NCBI GenBank assembly: GCA_964500465.1
Contig: CAZCNB010000004.1
Coordinates: forward strand, 1,160-65,159
DNA length: 64,000 nt
Origin: an uncultured Candidatus Saccharibacteria bacterium
GTDB lineage: Bacteria; Patescibacteriota; Minisyncoccia; Phycocordibacterales; UBA9973
Reading direction: 5' to 3'
Made by a program: the position numbers and the translations under genes. This document shows, one piece after another, positions 47,592-56,795 of the stretch; the stretch's first letter is position 1, and every line of letters begins with the position of its first letter. A model generated the notes under the pieces. That model saw only the letters and a list, made by a program, of their open reading frames with translations. It was not told the origin of the DNA and did no database searches.

Positions 47592-48890
47592 TTGCATATC
47601 TTCATAGGCTTTATTTTAATGTATTTATATGGTAGAATTAGGTTTAGAATGCCAATAAGTGACATAATATTGTATTGTGCTGTATTTGTATCTGTTTACG
47701 TACAGGTCTTTTTTTTGATGTCATTTTTTGAGAAAAAAAGTTTACTCGGTGCTTATAAACCACTTAAAGGCGATGAGGAGAATTTGCCATCTATAACGTT
47801 TCTTGTTCCTTGTTGGAATGAAGAATCTACTATTGATAATACAGTTAAGTCTCTAAAAGATCTATCTTATCCAAAAGATAAATTTTTTATCTATTTGATA
47901 GACGATGGTTCGAAAGATAATACTTGGAACGTTATGAAAAGGTATGAAAATGATCCTATGGTTAAAATATTTAAAAAAGAAAACGGCGGTAAGCATACAG
48001 CTCTTAATTTTGCATTACCGAGTGTTACTACTGATTTGGTTGCATCATTTGATGCTGATACAACTATAAATCAAGATGCTTTATATAAGATTATTCCTTA
48101 CTTTATAAAAAACCAAGATTTATCTGCTGTTGGAGGTAGTGTACTAATAAAATCTCCAAAAACAATAGCACAAAGAGCTCAAAGTATTGAATATCAAATG
48201 TTTTCATTTACTAAAAAGGTCTTAGGACTACTAGGAGGAGTTCTAGTTGTTCCTGGAGCTTTTTCTGTATTTAAACCTAAATCTTTGATGGAAGTTGGTG
48301 GATGGCATATGGGGCATAATCTAGAAGATCTTGAGCTTACTTATAGATTGCAAGTAAAGGGCTACAAAGTAGAACATTGTCATAGTGCTATTGCTTTCAC
48401 TACTGGACCTAAAACAATAAAGAAGTTGTTTAAACAAAGACTTCGATGGGGTTATGGATTTTTAAACAATACTTTCGACTATCGATTTGCTTTTTTAAAT
48501 AAAAAGTTCGGCAACTTCGGTATATTTACTTTACCTATGAGTTTAATGTCTTATGTTATCATAATGTCGGTTTTTGCTGTTAGTTGGTATCATATTATAT
48601 TGTTTCTTTATGACAAGTTTTTAGTATTAAGTTTAGTAGGTTTCGAAGGATTTAATTTTTCAACCTATAGTTGGTTTTATACTAATACTAAAGCCATAGT
48701 ATTTTTAACACTCATAACCTTCATATTCTTTATTGCCAATATTCTTCTTGGAAGAATGATATCTAATGTAAAAAGAAAGGGTATAGTAAACGTTGTTTAT
48801 TTCTTTGTTTTATACAGTCTAATTGTTCCATTCTGGGTTATTAAATCAGTATGGAATGCTATAAACCAAGCACGTCCAGCTTGGCGCTAA
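47592..48890 (+). CDS. Processive family-2 glycosyltransferase (integral membrane synthase type)
   Basis: Motifs present: the DDGS..D motif, the DAD motif, GG...V.G and Q(R)LRWGYG (QxxRW). Multiple TM helices flank them. Confidence 0.8.
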   Translation: MHIFIGFILMYLYGRIRFRMPISDIILYCAVFVSVYVQVFFLMSFFEKKSLLGAYKPLKGDEENLPSITFLVPCWNEESTIDNTVKSLKDLSYPKDKFFIYLIDDGSKDNTWNVMKRYENDPMVKIFKKENGGKHTALNFALPSVTTDLVASFDADTTINQDALYKIIPYFIKNQDLSAVGGSVLIKSPKTIAQRAQSIEYQMFSFTKKVLGLLGGVLVVPGAFSVFKPKSLMEVGGWHMGHNLEDLELTYRLQVKGYKVEHCHSAIAFTTGPKTIKKLFKQRLRWGYGFLNNTFDYRFAFLNKKFGNFGIFTLPMSLMSYVIIMSVFAVSWYHIILFLYDKFLVLSLVGFEGFNFSTYSWFYTNTKAIVFLTLITFIFFIANILLGRMISNVKRKGIVNVVYFFVLYSLIVPFWVIKSVWNAINQARPAWR

Positions 48891-48895
48891 AATAT

Positions 48896-49633
48896 ATGAA
48901 ATTCTGGAAAAGATATGTATTTACTTTAATAATCACAATTGCGCTATTTATGATAGCCTTTTATCTCAGTAGTAAGCTTGCTCAAAAAAAGATAGATGAG
49001 GTAAGAGTTATACAAGATAAGATATCTACTGATATATTATCTACTGAGACTCGTTTTATGTTGCTAGGATCTTCTTCCTGTAAGCACTTTGAAGCTAATG
49101 AAAGCTTCGAGTTTGATTTAAATAATGAACTCTCCGATATGGCTCGCAGAGTTAAATTCATGGAAAATCAGCTTGGCTCAGATGACGCCCAGGTTACTAT
49201 GATAAAAAATCAGTACGTGTTATTACAAATAAAAGATTATATTTTAAGAAAAGAATTGGCTTCAAGATGTGGTACTAAAACTGCCATGCTACTTTATTTC
49301 CATGATACTGACTGCAAAGATTGTAAGGAACAATCTATTGTTTTAGATGAAATACATGATCGTTACCCAGATTTGAGAATATACTGGTTTGATAATAGTA
49401 GTGATACGCCTGCATTAAAAGCACTCCAGTCAATGTTTAGTGTTAAATCTTTCCCTATGATAGTTATAAACGAAAAGGAGTATCCAGGATTTCAGTCCCT
49501 TGAAAGTATGACTTCAATATTTGATAAGATTTTTAAGAAGAAGCTTGATGCGAATAAAAAAGATTCTTCTATTAAAGACACTACAAATAGTACTACTGAT
49601 TTAAATTCTAAAGAAAAATCCCTAACGCAATAA
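48896..49633 (+). CDS. Membrane-anchored thioredoxin-like protein
   Basis: It has an N-terminal TM helix. The C-terminal half carries a CKDC (CxxC) motif and a cis-Pro-like SFPMIV. A hairpin (cctaac-gcaataaa-gttagg) follows the stop. Confidence 0.5.
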   Translation: MKFWKRYVFTLIITIALFMIAFYLSSKLAQKKIDEVRVIQDKISTDILSTETRFMLLGSSSCKHFEANESFEFDLNNELSDMARRVKFMENQLGSDDAQVTMIKNQYVLLQIKDYILRKELASRCGTKTAMLLYFHDTDCKDCKEQSIVLDEIHDRYPDLRIYWFDNSSDTPALKALQSMFSVKSFPMIVINEKEYPGFQSLESMTSIFDKIFKKKLDANKKDSSIKDTTNSTTDLNSKEKSLTQ

Positions 49634-49657
49634 AGTTAGGAATTTTTCTTTCTATTG

Positions 49658-49730
49658 AGCCGCTTCTCAGACTCGAACTGAGGACCTTCGCTTTACAAAA
49701 GCGTTGCTCTACCAACTGAGCTAAAGCGGC
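49658..49730 (-). tRNA. tRNA-Thr (anticodon UGU)
   Basis: The reverse complement folds as a cloverleaf. The acceptor stem is GCCGCTT/AAGCGGC. The D-arm is GCTC-AGTTGGTA-GAGC. The anticodon loop is TTTGTAA with U33 and A37. The T-arm is CTCAG-TTCGAGT-CTGAG. CCA is not encoded. Confidence 0.8.
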
Positions 49731-49735
49731 GTATT

Positions 49736-50137
49736 TTATTCGTGTTCTCTTTTGACCTTCTCCTTTATCCTCTTGATCTTGGCTTTTGATTCCAAGATAG
49801 CTTTTTCTAAGAATGAAGGTTTGGAAGGTTCAAGTAATACCGATTCTTTCTTTTCAAAATAACTATGTATCTTTGGCCATTTTTCAGATACCCATTTTTT
49901 TGTTTTCGTTATGAAAATATACCAGTATTTTACACATGTAAGGATAAGTCCTTGTATAACATGCTTGGTCAAATATAGCATACTTTTTTCAACATGTCTA
50001 AAAGATATGTTGGGTAAAACTCCATCCTTGTTGTTTGGCATGCTTACCCTTGCTGTTCTTATTTCCCAAGCTCTAAAGGTAAGCATTCCAAATGCAAGGA
50101 TAATTGATATGAAGAATATAATAATTATGATAGACAT
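49736..50137 (-). CDS. Small hypothetical membrane protein
   Basis: It was trimmed to the start at 50137 (MSIIIIIFFISIILAFGMLTF) to avoid a 65-nt overlap with tsf. It has one TM helix and a lysine-rich C-terminus. Confidence 0.4.
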   Translation of the reverse strand: MSIIIIIFFISIILAFGMLTFRAWEIRTARVSMPNNKDGVLPNISFRHVEKSMLYLTKHVIQGLILTCVKYWYIFITKTKKWVSEKWPKIHSYFEKKESVLLEPSKPSFLEKAILESKAKIKRIKEKVKREHE

Positions 50138-50138
50138 T

Positions 50139-50921
50139 TTATCCAATAGATACTCGTATAAAGCGTACCAAACTTGCCCCATTGTCTGCAAGTAATTTAC
50201 CAACAGTCAAATCAGGATTTTTTATGAAAGATTGATCCATGAGAGTTTGTTCTTTGAAGTATGTAGATATCTTTCCTTCAAGCATCTTTTTCTTTATTTC
50301 TTCTGGCTTATCAGATTCTGCTACTTCTTTTTCAAAAACTTCAACTACTTTTTGTCTATCTTCCTCTGTAACATCATCTGCTTTGGTAAATGCTGGTTTC
50401 ATAGCTGCTATGTGCATAGCTATATCTTTTGCAAGTAGAGGTGTGCCACCTGAAAGTGATACTACTGTTGCACTTTTACCTGCATGTATATAGTTTCCAA
50501 GGACAGCCCCTTCAATTTCTTCAACTTGCCCAAGTTCTATTTTTTCTCCGACTTTTTGTATAACCTCATTTATCATGTCTCCAGATTTAGTTTTCATAGC
50601 TTCAGTTCCTTCATTTATTGCTATGTCAGCTAGATTATTTGCTAGCTTTGTGAAGTCTTCGTTTTTGGCTACAAAATCTGTTTCAGAATGAAGAGTTAGA
50701 ACAAGAACTTTACCATTTCCTTCGCGTACTACTACAACCCCGTCATGGGTTTCGCGGTCAGCTTTTTTCATTGCTATCGTACTTGATTTCTTCTTTAAGA
50801 TTATCAATGCTTTTTCCATGTCACCGTCTGCTTCTTCTAGAGCAGCTCGGCATTGCATAACAGATACGCCAGTACCTTCTCTTAATTCTTTTACTAATTC
50901 CGCAGTTATTTTTGTAGACAT
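50139..50921 (-). CDS. tsf: Elongation factor Ts
   Basis: The N-terminal UBA-like signature is ITAELVKELREGTGVSVMQCRAALEEADGDMEKA. Confidence 0.92.
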   Translation of the reverse strand: MSTKITAELVKELREGTGVSVMQCRAALEEADGDMEKALIILKKKSSTIAMKKADRETHDGVVVVREGNGKVLVLTLHSETDFVAKNEDFTKLANNLADIAINEGTEAMKTKSGDMINEVIQKVGEKIELGQVEEIEGAVLGNYIHAGKSATVVSLSGGTPLLAKDIAMHIAAMKPAFTKADDVTEEDRQKVVEVFEKEVAESDKPEEIKKKMLEGKISTYFKEQTLMDQSFIKNPDLTVGKLLADNGASLVRFIRVSIG

Positions 50922-50969
50922 AATTAAATTTTTTACTTAGGAAATAGCCTAAGTCTAGTTATATGATAA

Positions 50970-51674
50970 TTATTTTTTTTGAGTTTCTCCTTTTCCTCCA
51001 CTTATGTAAGCATTTTTTACTTCGCCCAATATAAAACTAATACTAGATACTGAAGCATCATTCGCAACAATAGGGAAGTTAACCTTTTTCAGATTACAAT
51101 CTGTATTTAATACCCCAATTATAGGCAAGTCCATTTTACGAGCTTCTGTACAAGCAATGTGCTCTTTTTTAGGATCTATTACGAATACTGCATCTGGAGT
51201 TTTATTTACACCAGTTAAACCTTGGAAGTTTTTAGTCATATCTTCCATCTCTCTATCAATTAAAAGTCTTTCTTTTTTTGTATATTTATCAAAACCACCT
51301 TTTTCTTTTTCAGCACGTAGATCTAGTAATTTTGCTATCCTTTTCTTTATTTCAGGGAAATTAGTAAGAGAACCACCAACCCATCTTTCGCTCACATAAG
51401 GCATTCCTAATGATAGTGCTAGTTCTGTAATTTGTTGACGAGCTTCAGGTTTTGTTCCGACAAACAGGATTGTTTTTCCACTAGCAGCCATTTTTTTAAC
51501 TTCTTCCAATGCATTTTCAAGAAGTTCGTATGACTTTTCAATATTTATAATATCAACGCCATTTTTTGTTGCAAAAATGTATGCACTTGTTGATGGGTGA
51601 CGACGACTCTTTGAATAGCCGTAGTGGGCACCTGCTTGAAACATTTTTTCCACTAATGTATTTTGTGTACTCAT
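50970..51674 (-). CDS. rpsB: 30S ribosomal protein S2
   Basis: MFQAGAHYGYSKSRRHP... shows conserved uS2. It lies upstream of tsf in the canonical operon. Confidence 0.95.
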   Translation of the reverse strand: MSTQNTLVEKMFQAGAHYGYSKSRRHPSTSAYIFATKNGVDIINIEKSYELLENALEEVKKMAASGKTILFVGTKPEARQQITELALSLGMPYVSERWVGGSLTNFPEIKKRIAKLLDLRAEKEKGGFDKYTKKERLLIDREMEDMTKNFQGLTGVNKTPDAVFVIDPKKEHIACTEARKMDLPIIGVLNTDCNLKKVNFPIVANDASVSSISFILGEVKNAYISGGKGETQKK

Positions 51675-51861
51675 ATTTGTATCCCTAAAATTTAGGGTTA
51701 ATTAATTTATAAACGTCCGTTTTTAAGCATCTCAGCTTGTTTACAAGGTGGCTTCATATAAAAAAGCTCCTCACGGAACGTTGGTTCATAATATCAGAAA
51801 AACCATTATTTAGCAACCCCTCTTTTTGACCACAACGCTATTTTAAGGTAGTATTGTCTGT

Positions 51862-53118
51862 ATGAAGCAAACACAACTATTTACAAAAACCAAGAAAGAA
51901 TCTCCAAGTGATGAAGTATCTTTAAATGCTGAACTTTTAATAAAGGCAGGCTTTATAAACAAGGAAATGGCTGGTGTTTATGACTATCTACCACTAGGTT
52001 TGCGTGTACTTAAAAAAATAGAGCAAATTATACGGGAAGAAATGGATAGAATAGGAGGTATTGAAATGAGAACTTCTGTTATACAAAACAAAGAAGTCTG
52101 GGAAAAATCTAATCGTTGGAGTGATGATGCGGTAGACAACTGGTTTAAGACTACCCTTAAAAGTGGTGGTGAAGTAGGATTATCTTTTACTAATGAAGAA
52201 GCTTACTCGAATTTACTAAAGCAGTATATAAATTCATACAAAGATTTACCTATCTATCCATACGATTTTAAAAATATTTTTAGAAACGAAATCCGTGCTA
52301 AAAGTGGAATAATGCGGGGTAGGGAATTTTATTGGAAAGCACTATATTCTTTTTCAAAGGACGAAACTGAGCACAATGAGTTTTATGAAAAAGCAAAAGA
52401 AGCTTATAAAAATATTTTCAAGAGAGTTGGTATTAGCCATTTGACTTATATGACTTTTGCCTCAGGAGGTACTTTCTCTAAATTTTCTCATGAATTTCAA
52501 ACTATTACAGGTGCAGGAGAAGATACAATATACATTGATGAGAATAAAGGTATTTCTATCAATAAAGAAGTTTATACAGATGAAGTATTAGAGTCATTAG
52601 GTGTTTCAAAAGATCAATTTGTTGAACACAAAGCAGTTGAAGTTGGTAACATTTTTTCTTTAGGTACTAAGTTTTCATCCCCGTTTGATTTATCTTATAC
52701 AGATGAAAAAGGGGAGCGTAAATTAGCAGTAATGGGTTCTTATGGTATAGGTCTTGGTCGCTTAATGGGGACAGTTGTTGAAGTACTTTCTGATGGTAAA
52801 GGCATAGTTTGGCCTGCTTCTATAGCTCCTTTTAATACTCATTTATTAGTATTAGGTAACGAGGAAAGTATTATAAAAGAAGCAAATGATATATATAAGT
52901 ATTTATTAGACAACAATATCGAAGTTTTGTTTGATGATCGTATTGATATAAGTGCTGGAGAAAAATTTGCTGATTCAGATTTGATTGGTATACCTTACCG
53001 TATTGTAGTTTCCAAACGTAGTATATCTGAAGGAGGTGTTGAGGTAAAAAAGAGAACAGAAGAGAATGGAAAAATTGTTTCTAAAGAACAACTCTTAAAT
53101 GAATTAAAAAATGTTTAA
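51862..53118 (+). CDS. proS: Prolyl-tRNA synthetase (compact form without the INS editing domain)
   Basis: Class II motifs are present and the N-terminus LLIKAGFINKEMAGVYDYLPLGLRVLKKIEQIIREEM is ProRS-type. Confidence 0.85.
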   Translation: MKQTQLFTKTKKESPSDEVSLNAELLIKAGFINKEMAGVYDYLPLGLRVLKKIEQIIREEMDRIGGIEMRTSVIQNKEVWEKSNRWSDDAVDNWFKTTLKSGGEVGLSFTNEEAYSNLLKQYINSYKDLPIYPYDFKNIFRNEIRAKSGIMRGREFYWKALYSFSKDETEHNEFYEKAKEAYKNIFKRVGISHLTYMTFASGGTFSKFSHEFQTITGAGEDTIYIDENKGISINKEVYTDEVLESLGVSKDQFVEHKAVEVGNIFSLGTKFSSPFDLSYTDEKGERKLAVMGSYGIGLGRLMGTVVEVLSDGKGIVWPASIAPFNTHLLVLGNEESIIKEANDIYKYLLDNNIEVLFDDRIDISAGEKFADSDLIGIPYRIVVSKRSISEGGVEVKKRTEENGKIVSKEQLLNELKNV

Positions 53119-54157
53119 AAATTTATACAAAATGTTTTCTAATGATATTGGGATTGATCTGGGTACTGCAAATACCCTAGTATATTTGAAAGGTCACGGT
53201 ATTGTTATAAATGAACCTTCTGTTGTTGTTGTTAACCAAAAAACTGGTCAGATTGTTGCGGTAGGTGCGGAAGCAAAACAGATGCTAGGTAGAACTCCAG
53301 GACACATAAAAGCTGTCAGGCCTGTAGTTGATGGCGTGATTTCTGACTTTGAAGTTACTGAAGAGATGCTTTCTTATTTGATAAGTAAAGCTGAGAAAAT
53401 GTCTAAAAAGTTTATCAGACCCCGTGTTTTAGTAGGAGTTCCAACTGGAATTACTAACGTAGAAATTAGGGCTGTTGAAGATGCTGCTCGTTCTGCGGGA
53501 GCTCGAGAAGTTTATATTGTAGAAGAACCTATGGCTGCTGCTGTAGGTATTCGCCTCCCTGTAAAAGACGCTGTTGGATCTGTTATCGTTGATATAGGAG
53601 GAGGAACTACTGATATTGCTGTAATATCTCTCTCTGGTGTAGTTAGATCAAAAAATTTGAAAATAGCAGGAGATCTGTTGAATTCCAATATTGTTAACTA
53701 TATGAAGGATGAATTCAAGCTTTTAATAGGAGAGAAAACTGCAGAAAATGTAAAAATTGCAATTGGTACAGCAATTGAAACTGAATCTATGGAAGCAGAA
53801 GTTAGAGGCAGGGATTTAGTTACTGGTTTGCCAAGACAAGTTATTATCACAGATGCTGATGTCCGTGAGGCTATAATGCCTTCTATTTTGAGCCTGGTAG
53901 ATGGAATAAAAGAAGTATTAGAAACAACTCCACCTGAATTACTATCTGATATTATGCACCGGGGGTTAGTTCTATCGGGGGGAGGTGCACTACTTAAAGG
54001 ACTAGATATTCTTTTAAAGAATGCTCTTAAAATACCAATTTATATTGCTGAAGATCCATTAACTGCTGTTGCAAGAGGAACAGGTATAATTCTAGATGAT
54101 TTTGAGAATTTCCAAGAAGTTTTAGTAAACACAGATGATACATCCACTCCGCGATAA
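53111..54157 (+). CDS. mreB: Rod shape-determining protein MreB
   Basis: MFSNDIGIDLGTANTLVY... shows the actin-fold phosphate 1 and 2 motifs. Confidence 0.95.
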   Translation: MFKNLYKMFSNDIGIDLGTANTLVYLKGHGIVINEPSVVVVNQKTGQIVAVGAEAKQMLGRTPGHIKAVRPVVDGVISDFEVTEEMLSYLISKAEKMSKKFIRPRVLVGVPTGITNVEIRAVEDAARSAGAREVYIVEEPMAAAVGIRLPVKDAVGSVIVDIGGGTTDIAVISLSGVVRSKNLKIAGDLLNSNIVNYMKDEFKLLIGEKTAENVKIAIGTAIETESMEAEVRGRDLVTGLPRQVIITDADVREAIMPSILSLVDGIKEVLETTPPELLSDIMHRGLVLSGGGALLKGLDILLKNALKIPIYIAEDPLTAVARGTGIILDDFENFQEVLVNTDDTSTPR

Positions 54158-54932
54158 AAAAAGAATTCACAAGAAAAAAATAATAATTCGCAATATAATT
54201 ATTGTTGGTTTTTTGTTTGTAATATTTATATCAGGTATTACGGGTTTTATTGGAAAAATTTTTATATTTTTAGGCAATCCTTTATGGAGAGCTGAAAATA
54301 CTGTTGTTAGTGGTATTAATAACATGACTTATTTGGCTAGAACAAAGTCTTCAGTATTTAAAGAAAATGAATCTCTTAAAAAAGAAAATACTGATCTTAA
54401 GCTATCAATGACTGATTATGAATCGCTAAAAAAGGAGAACGATTCGCTAAAAGAATTATTGGGTAGATTACCTCAAAAACAAGATTTTATACTTGCTAAT
54501 ATTTTATCTAAACCAAATCGTTCCCCTTATGATACTTTAGTTATTGATGTAGGTAGAGAATCAGGTGTTGTAGAAGGAGAAAAGGTTTTTGCTAACGGTA
54601 GTATTCCTATAGGGGAGGTGGATAAAGTTTATGCCACAGATTCACTTGTTGTTCTGTACTCTAGTCCTGGACAAACTACTGAAGCGATGATAGATGGTTC
54701 AAATGCAAGCGTGGAACTCATTGGTCGTGGAGGTAGTAACTTTGAAATGACTGTTCCGAATGAATTAGCAACTGACAATGGGATGATGGTAATCCTGCCT
54801 AGTTCTAATTCTGAGATACTAGCAGTAATTGATGGAATTATTTCTCGTCCAACCGATCCTATAAAAAAGGTAATTCTACATTCCCCTGTAAATATTCAAA
54901 GCTTAAAATGGGTACAGCTCAAAAGGAATTAA
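54135..54932 (+). CDS. mreC: Rod shape-determining protein MreC
   Basis: It has an N-terminal TM helix, a coiled coil, and a C-terminal beta domain (LVIDVGRESGVVEGEKVFANGSIPIGEV). It is immediately downstream of mreB. Confidence 0.85.
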   Translation: MIHPLRDKKRIHKKKIIIRNIIIVGFLFVIFISGITGFIGKIFIFLGNPLWRAENTVVSGINNMTYLARTKSSVFKENESLKKENTDLKLSMTDYESLKKENDSLKELLGRLPQKQDFILANILSKPNRSPYDTLVIDVGRESGVVEGEKVFANGSIPIGEVDKVYATDSLVVLYSSPGQTTEAMIDGSNASVELIGRGGSNFEMTVPNELATDNGMMVILPSSNSEILAVIDGIISRPTDPIKKVILHSPVNIQSLKWVQLKRN

Positions 54933-54938
54933 AATTCT

Positions 54939-56144
54939 ATGGGTCATTTTGATTTTAAAATCAATAAAAGAATAGAAGGTTCACTTGGTCGTGCAGGTGT
55001 TTTAGATACTCCACATGGACAAATTAAAACCCCTGCTTTTGTAACAGTAGGGACAAAGGGAAGTGTAAAATCATTAACCCCAGAACAAGTGCTAGATAGT
55101 AAATCACAAGTAATTCTTGCCAATACTTATCATCTTTATTTACAACCAGGTGACGAAATTGTTCGTGATGCAGGAGGTTTACATAGATTCATGAATTGGC
55201 ATGGCCCAATTATGACTGATTCTGGTGGTTTCCAAGTTTTCTCTCTTGGAGTTGCTTACGGTAAGGAGATATCCAAGGTTACAACAATAACAGATCCTAA
55301 TTTTTTAATTCCAGAGAGGTCAATCGATAGCGTTGTTCCACTTGCAAAGATTAGTAATGATGGTGTTTCTTTTAAGTCTCATTTAGATGGATCACTTCAC
55401 TATATTACTCCTGAAAAATCAATCGAAATTCAGCATAATCTTGGAGCAGATATTATTTTTGCTTTTGATGAATGTACTTCTCCAAACGAAAATGAAAAGT
55501 ATCAAGATGAAGCTTTATCTCGAACTCATGCTTGGGCAAAAAGAAGTTTAGAGTACCATAAATCAAAAAATACAAACCAAGCCCTTTTTGGTATTGTTCA
55601 AGGAGGTAGGTCAGAAAAACTCAGGAAACAATCTGCGGAAGTTATAGGATCTATGGATTTTGACGGCTTCGGTATTGGTGGAAGTTTTGCTAAGGAAGAT
55701 ATGTCTACAGCAGTGAAATGGGTGAATGAAATCTTGCCTGAAAATAAACCACGTCACTTACTTGGAATAGGTGAGCCAGAAGATTTATTTATGGGCGTAG
55801 AAAATGGTGTGGACCTGTTTGATTGTGTTGGACCCACAAGAATTGCTCGCAATGGGACTGTTTTTACACAAAATGGAAAAATAAATTTGTTTAACGCAAA
55901 ATTTGTTAATCAATTTGAACCAATAGAACAACATTGCAAATGCTATGCTTGCTCTAATTATACTCTTGCTTACCTATCCCATCTTTTTCGCGCAAAAGAA
56001 ATGGAAGCGGCAACACTCGCTTCAATTCACAATATTTATTTTATAACTAATCTTGTAGAACAAATGCGCGAAGCAATTTTGAAAGATACATTTTTTCAAT
56101 TTAAAAAAGATTTTTTGAATAAATACATCAACGATCAATTGTAA
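54939..56144 (+). CDS. tgt: Queuine tRNA-ribosyltransferase
   Basis: Motifs present: LANTYHL, MTDSGGFQV and the Zn site CKCYAC...H. Confidence 0.92.
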   Translation: MGHFDFKINKRIEGSLGRAGVLDTPHGQIKTPAFVTVGTKGSVKSLTPEQVLDSKSQVILANTYHLYLQPGDEIVRDAGGLHRFMNWHGPIMTDSGGFQVFSLGVAYGKEISKVTTITDPNFLIPERSIDSVVPLAKISNDGVSFKSHLDGSLHYITPEKSIEIQHNLGADIIFAFDECTSPNENEKYQDEALSRTHAWAKRSLEYHKSKNTNQALFGIVQGGRSEKLRKQSAEVIGSMDFDGFGIGGSFAKEDMSTAVKWVNEILPENKPRHLLGIGEPEDLFMGVENGVDLFDCVGPTRIARNGTVFTQNGKINLFNAKFVNQFEPIEQHCKCYACSNYTLAYLSHLFRAKEMEAATLASIHNIYFITNLVEQMREAILKDTFFQFKKDFLNKYINDQL

Positions 56145-56721
56145 CAACAAGTGTATCAAATCTCGTCCTAACTTCTTGCATATTAGTTACATTAAATTTT
56201 TTTAGTATTATAGCCCAATCTTGCTTGTATAAAAGTCTTCGATATATCAAATCATTAAAAAAATTATTATTGTAATCGCTTTTCAAAGGCACGGCAAATA
56301 TAATCTTAGGCATTAGTTTTATCTGTTCTTCCAATATTCTTTCTATCTCTTCATTTTCGAAATGTTCTAATACACCAAGGTGTATCCCAATATCATAAAA
56401 ATCCTTTTCTATATATTTTGTAAGGTTAAAAAAATCTCCCTCAATTGTATTTAGATGTACACCCAAGTTATTAGCAGTTTCTAGACTTGCTTCAAGTAGT
56501 TTTTTGTTTATTTCAAACGCAGTACTATCAACCCCTCTTTGTGCGAGTAAAAGTGAATCACGAGCAAGACCGCTACCTATCTCTATAATTCGCTTTGGTT
56601 TGTAAGAAATTATTATATCTATAAATGGCTTGGTTTCTAAGTAAAACCTATCAAAATCTTCTCTGTTAAATGAAATTTTACCCAGTTTGTTTTTATAATG
56701 CTTTATCCAATCTATTTCCAT
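56128..56721 (-). CDS. Class I SAM-dependent methyltransferase
   Basis: Motif I is IIEIGSGLARDSLLLAQRG. Confidence 0.7.
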   Translation of the reverse strand: MEIDWIKHYKNKLGKISFNREDFDRFYLETKPFIDIIISYKPKRIIEIGSGLARDSLLLAQRGVDSTAFEINKKLLEASLETANNLGVHLNTIEGDFFNLTKYIEKDFYDIGIHLGVLEHFENEEIERILEEQIKLMPKIIFAVPLKSDYNNNFFNDLIYRRLLYKQDWAIILKKFNVTNMQEVRTRFDTLVVTIDR

Positions 56722-56795
56722 TTAACAATTGTAGCAAAAATTTTACTTAGCTACACTTTTTTTATTTTCAAAAATAAGTTAATCTTGAAGTATTA

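Noticed and set aside
51675-51861. Possible ncRNA in the rpsB/proS divergent intergenic region
   Set aside because: Only a short imperfect inverted repeat (ccctaaaatttaggg) is present. No recognisable conserved RNA motif was found. It is most likely just divergent promoters.
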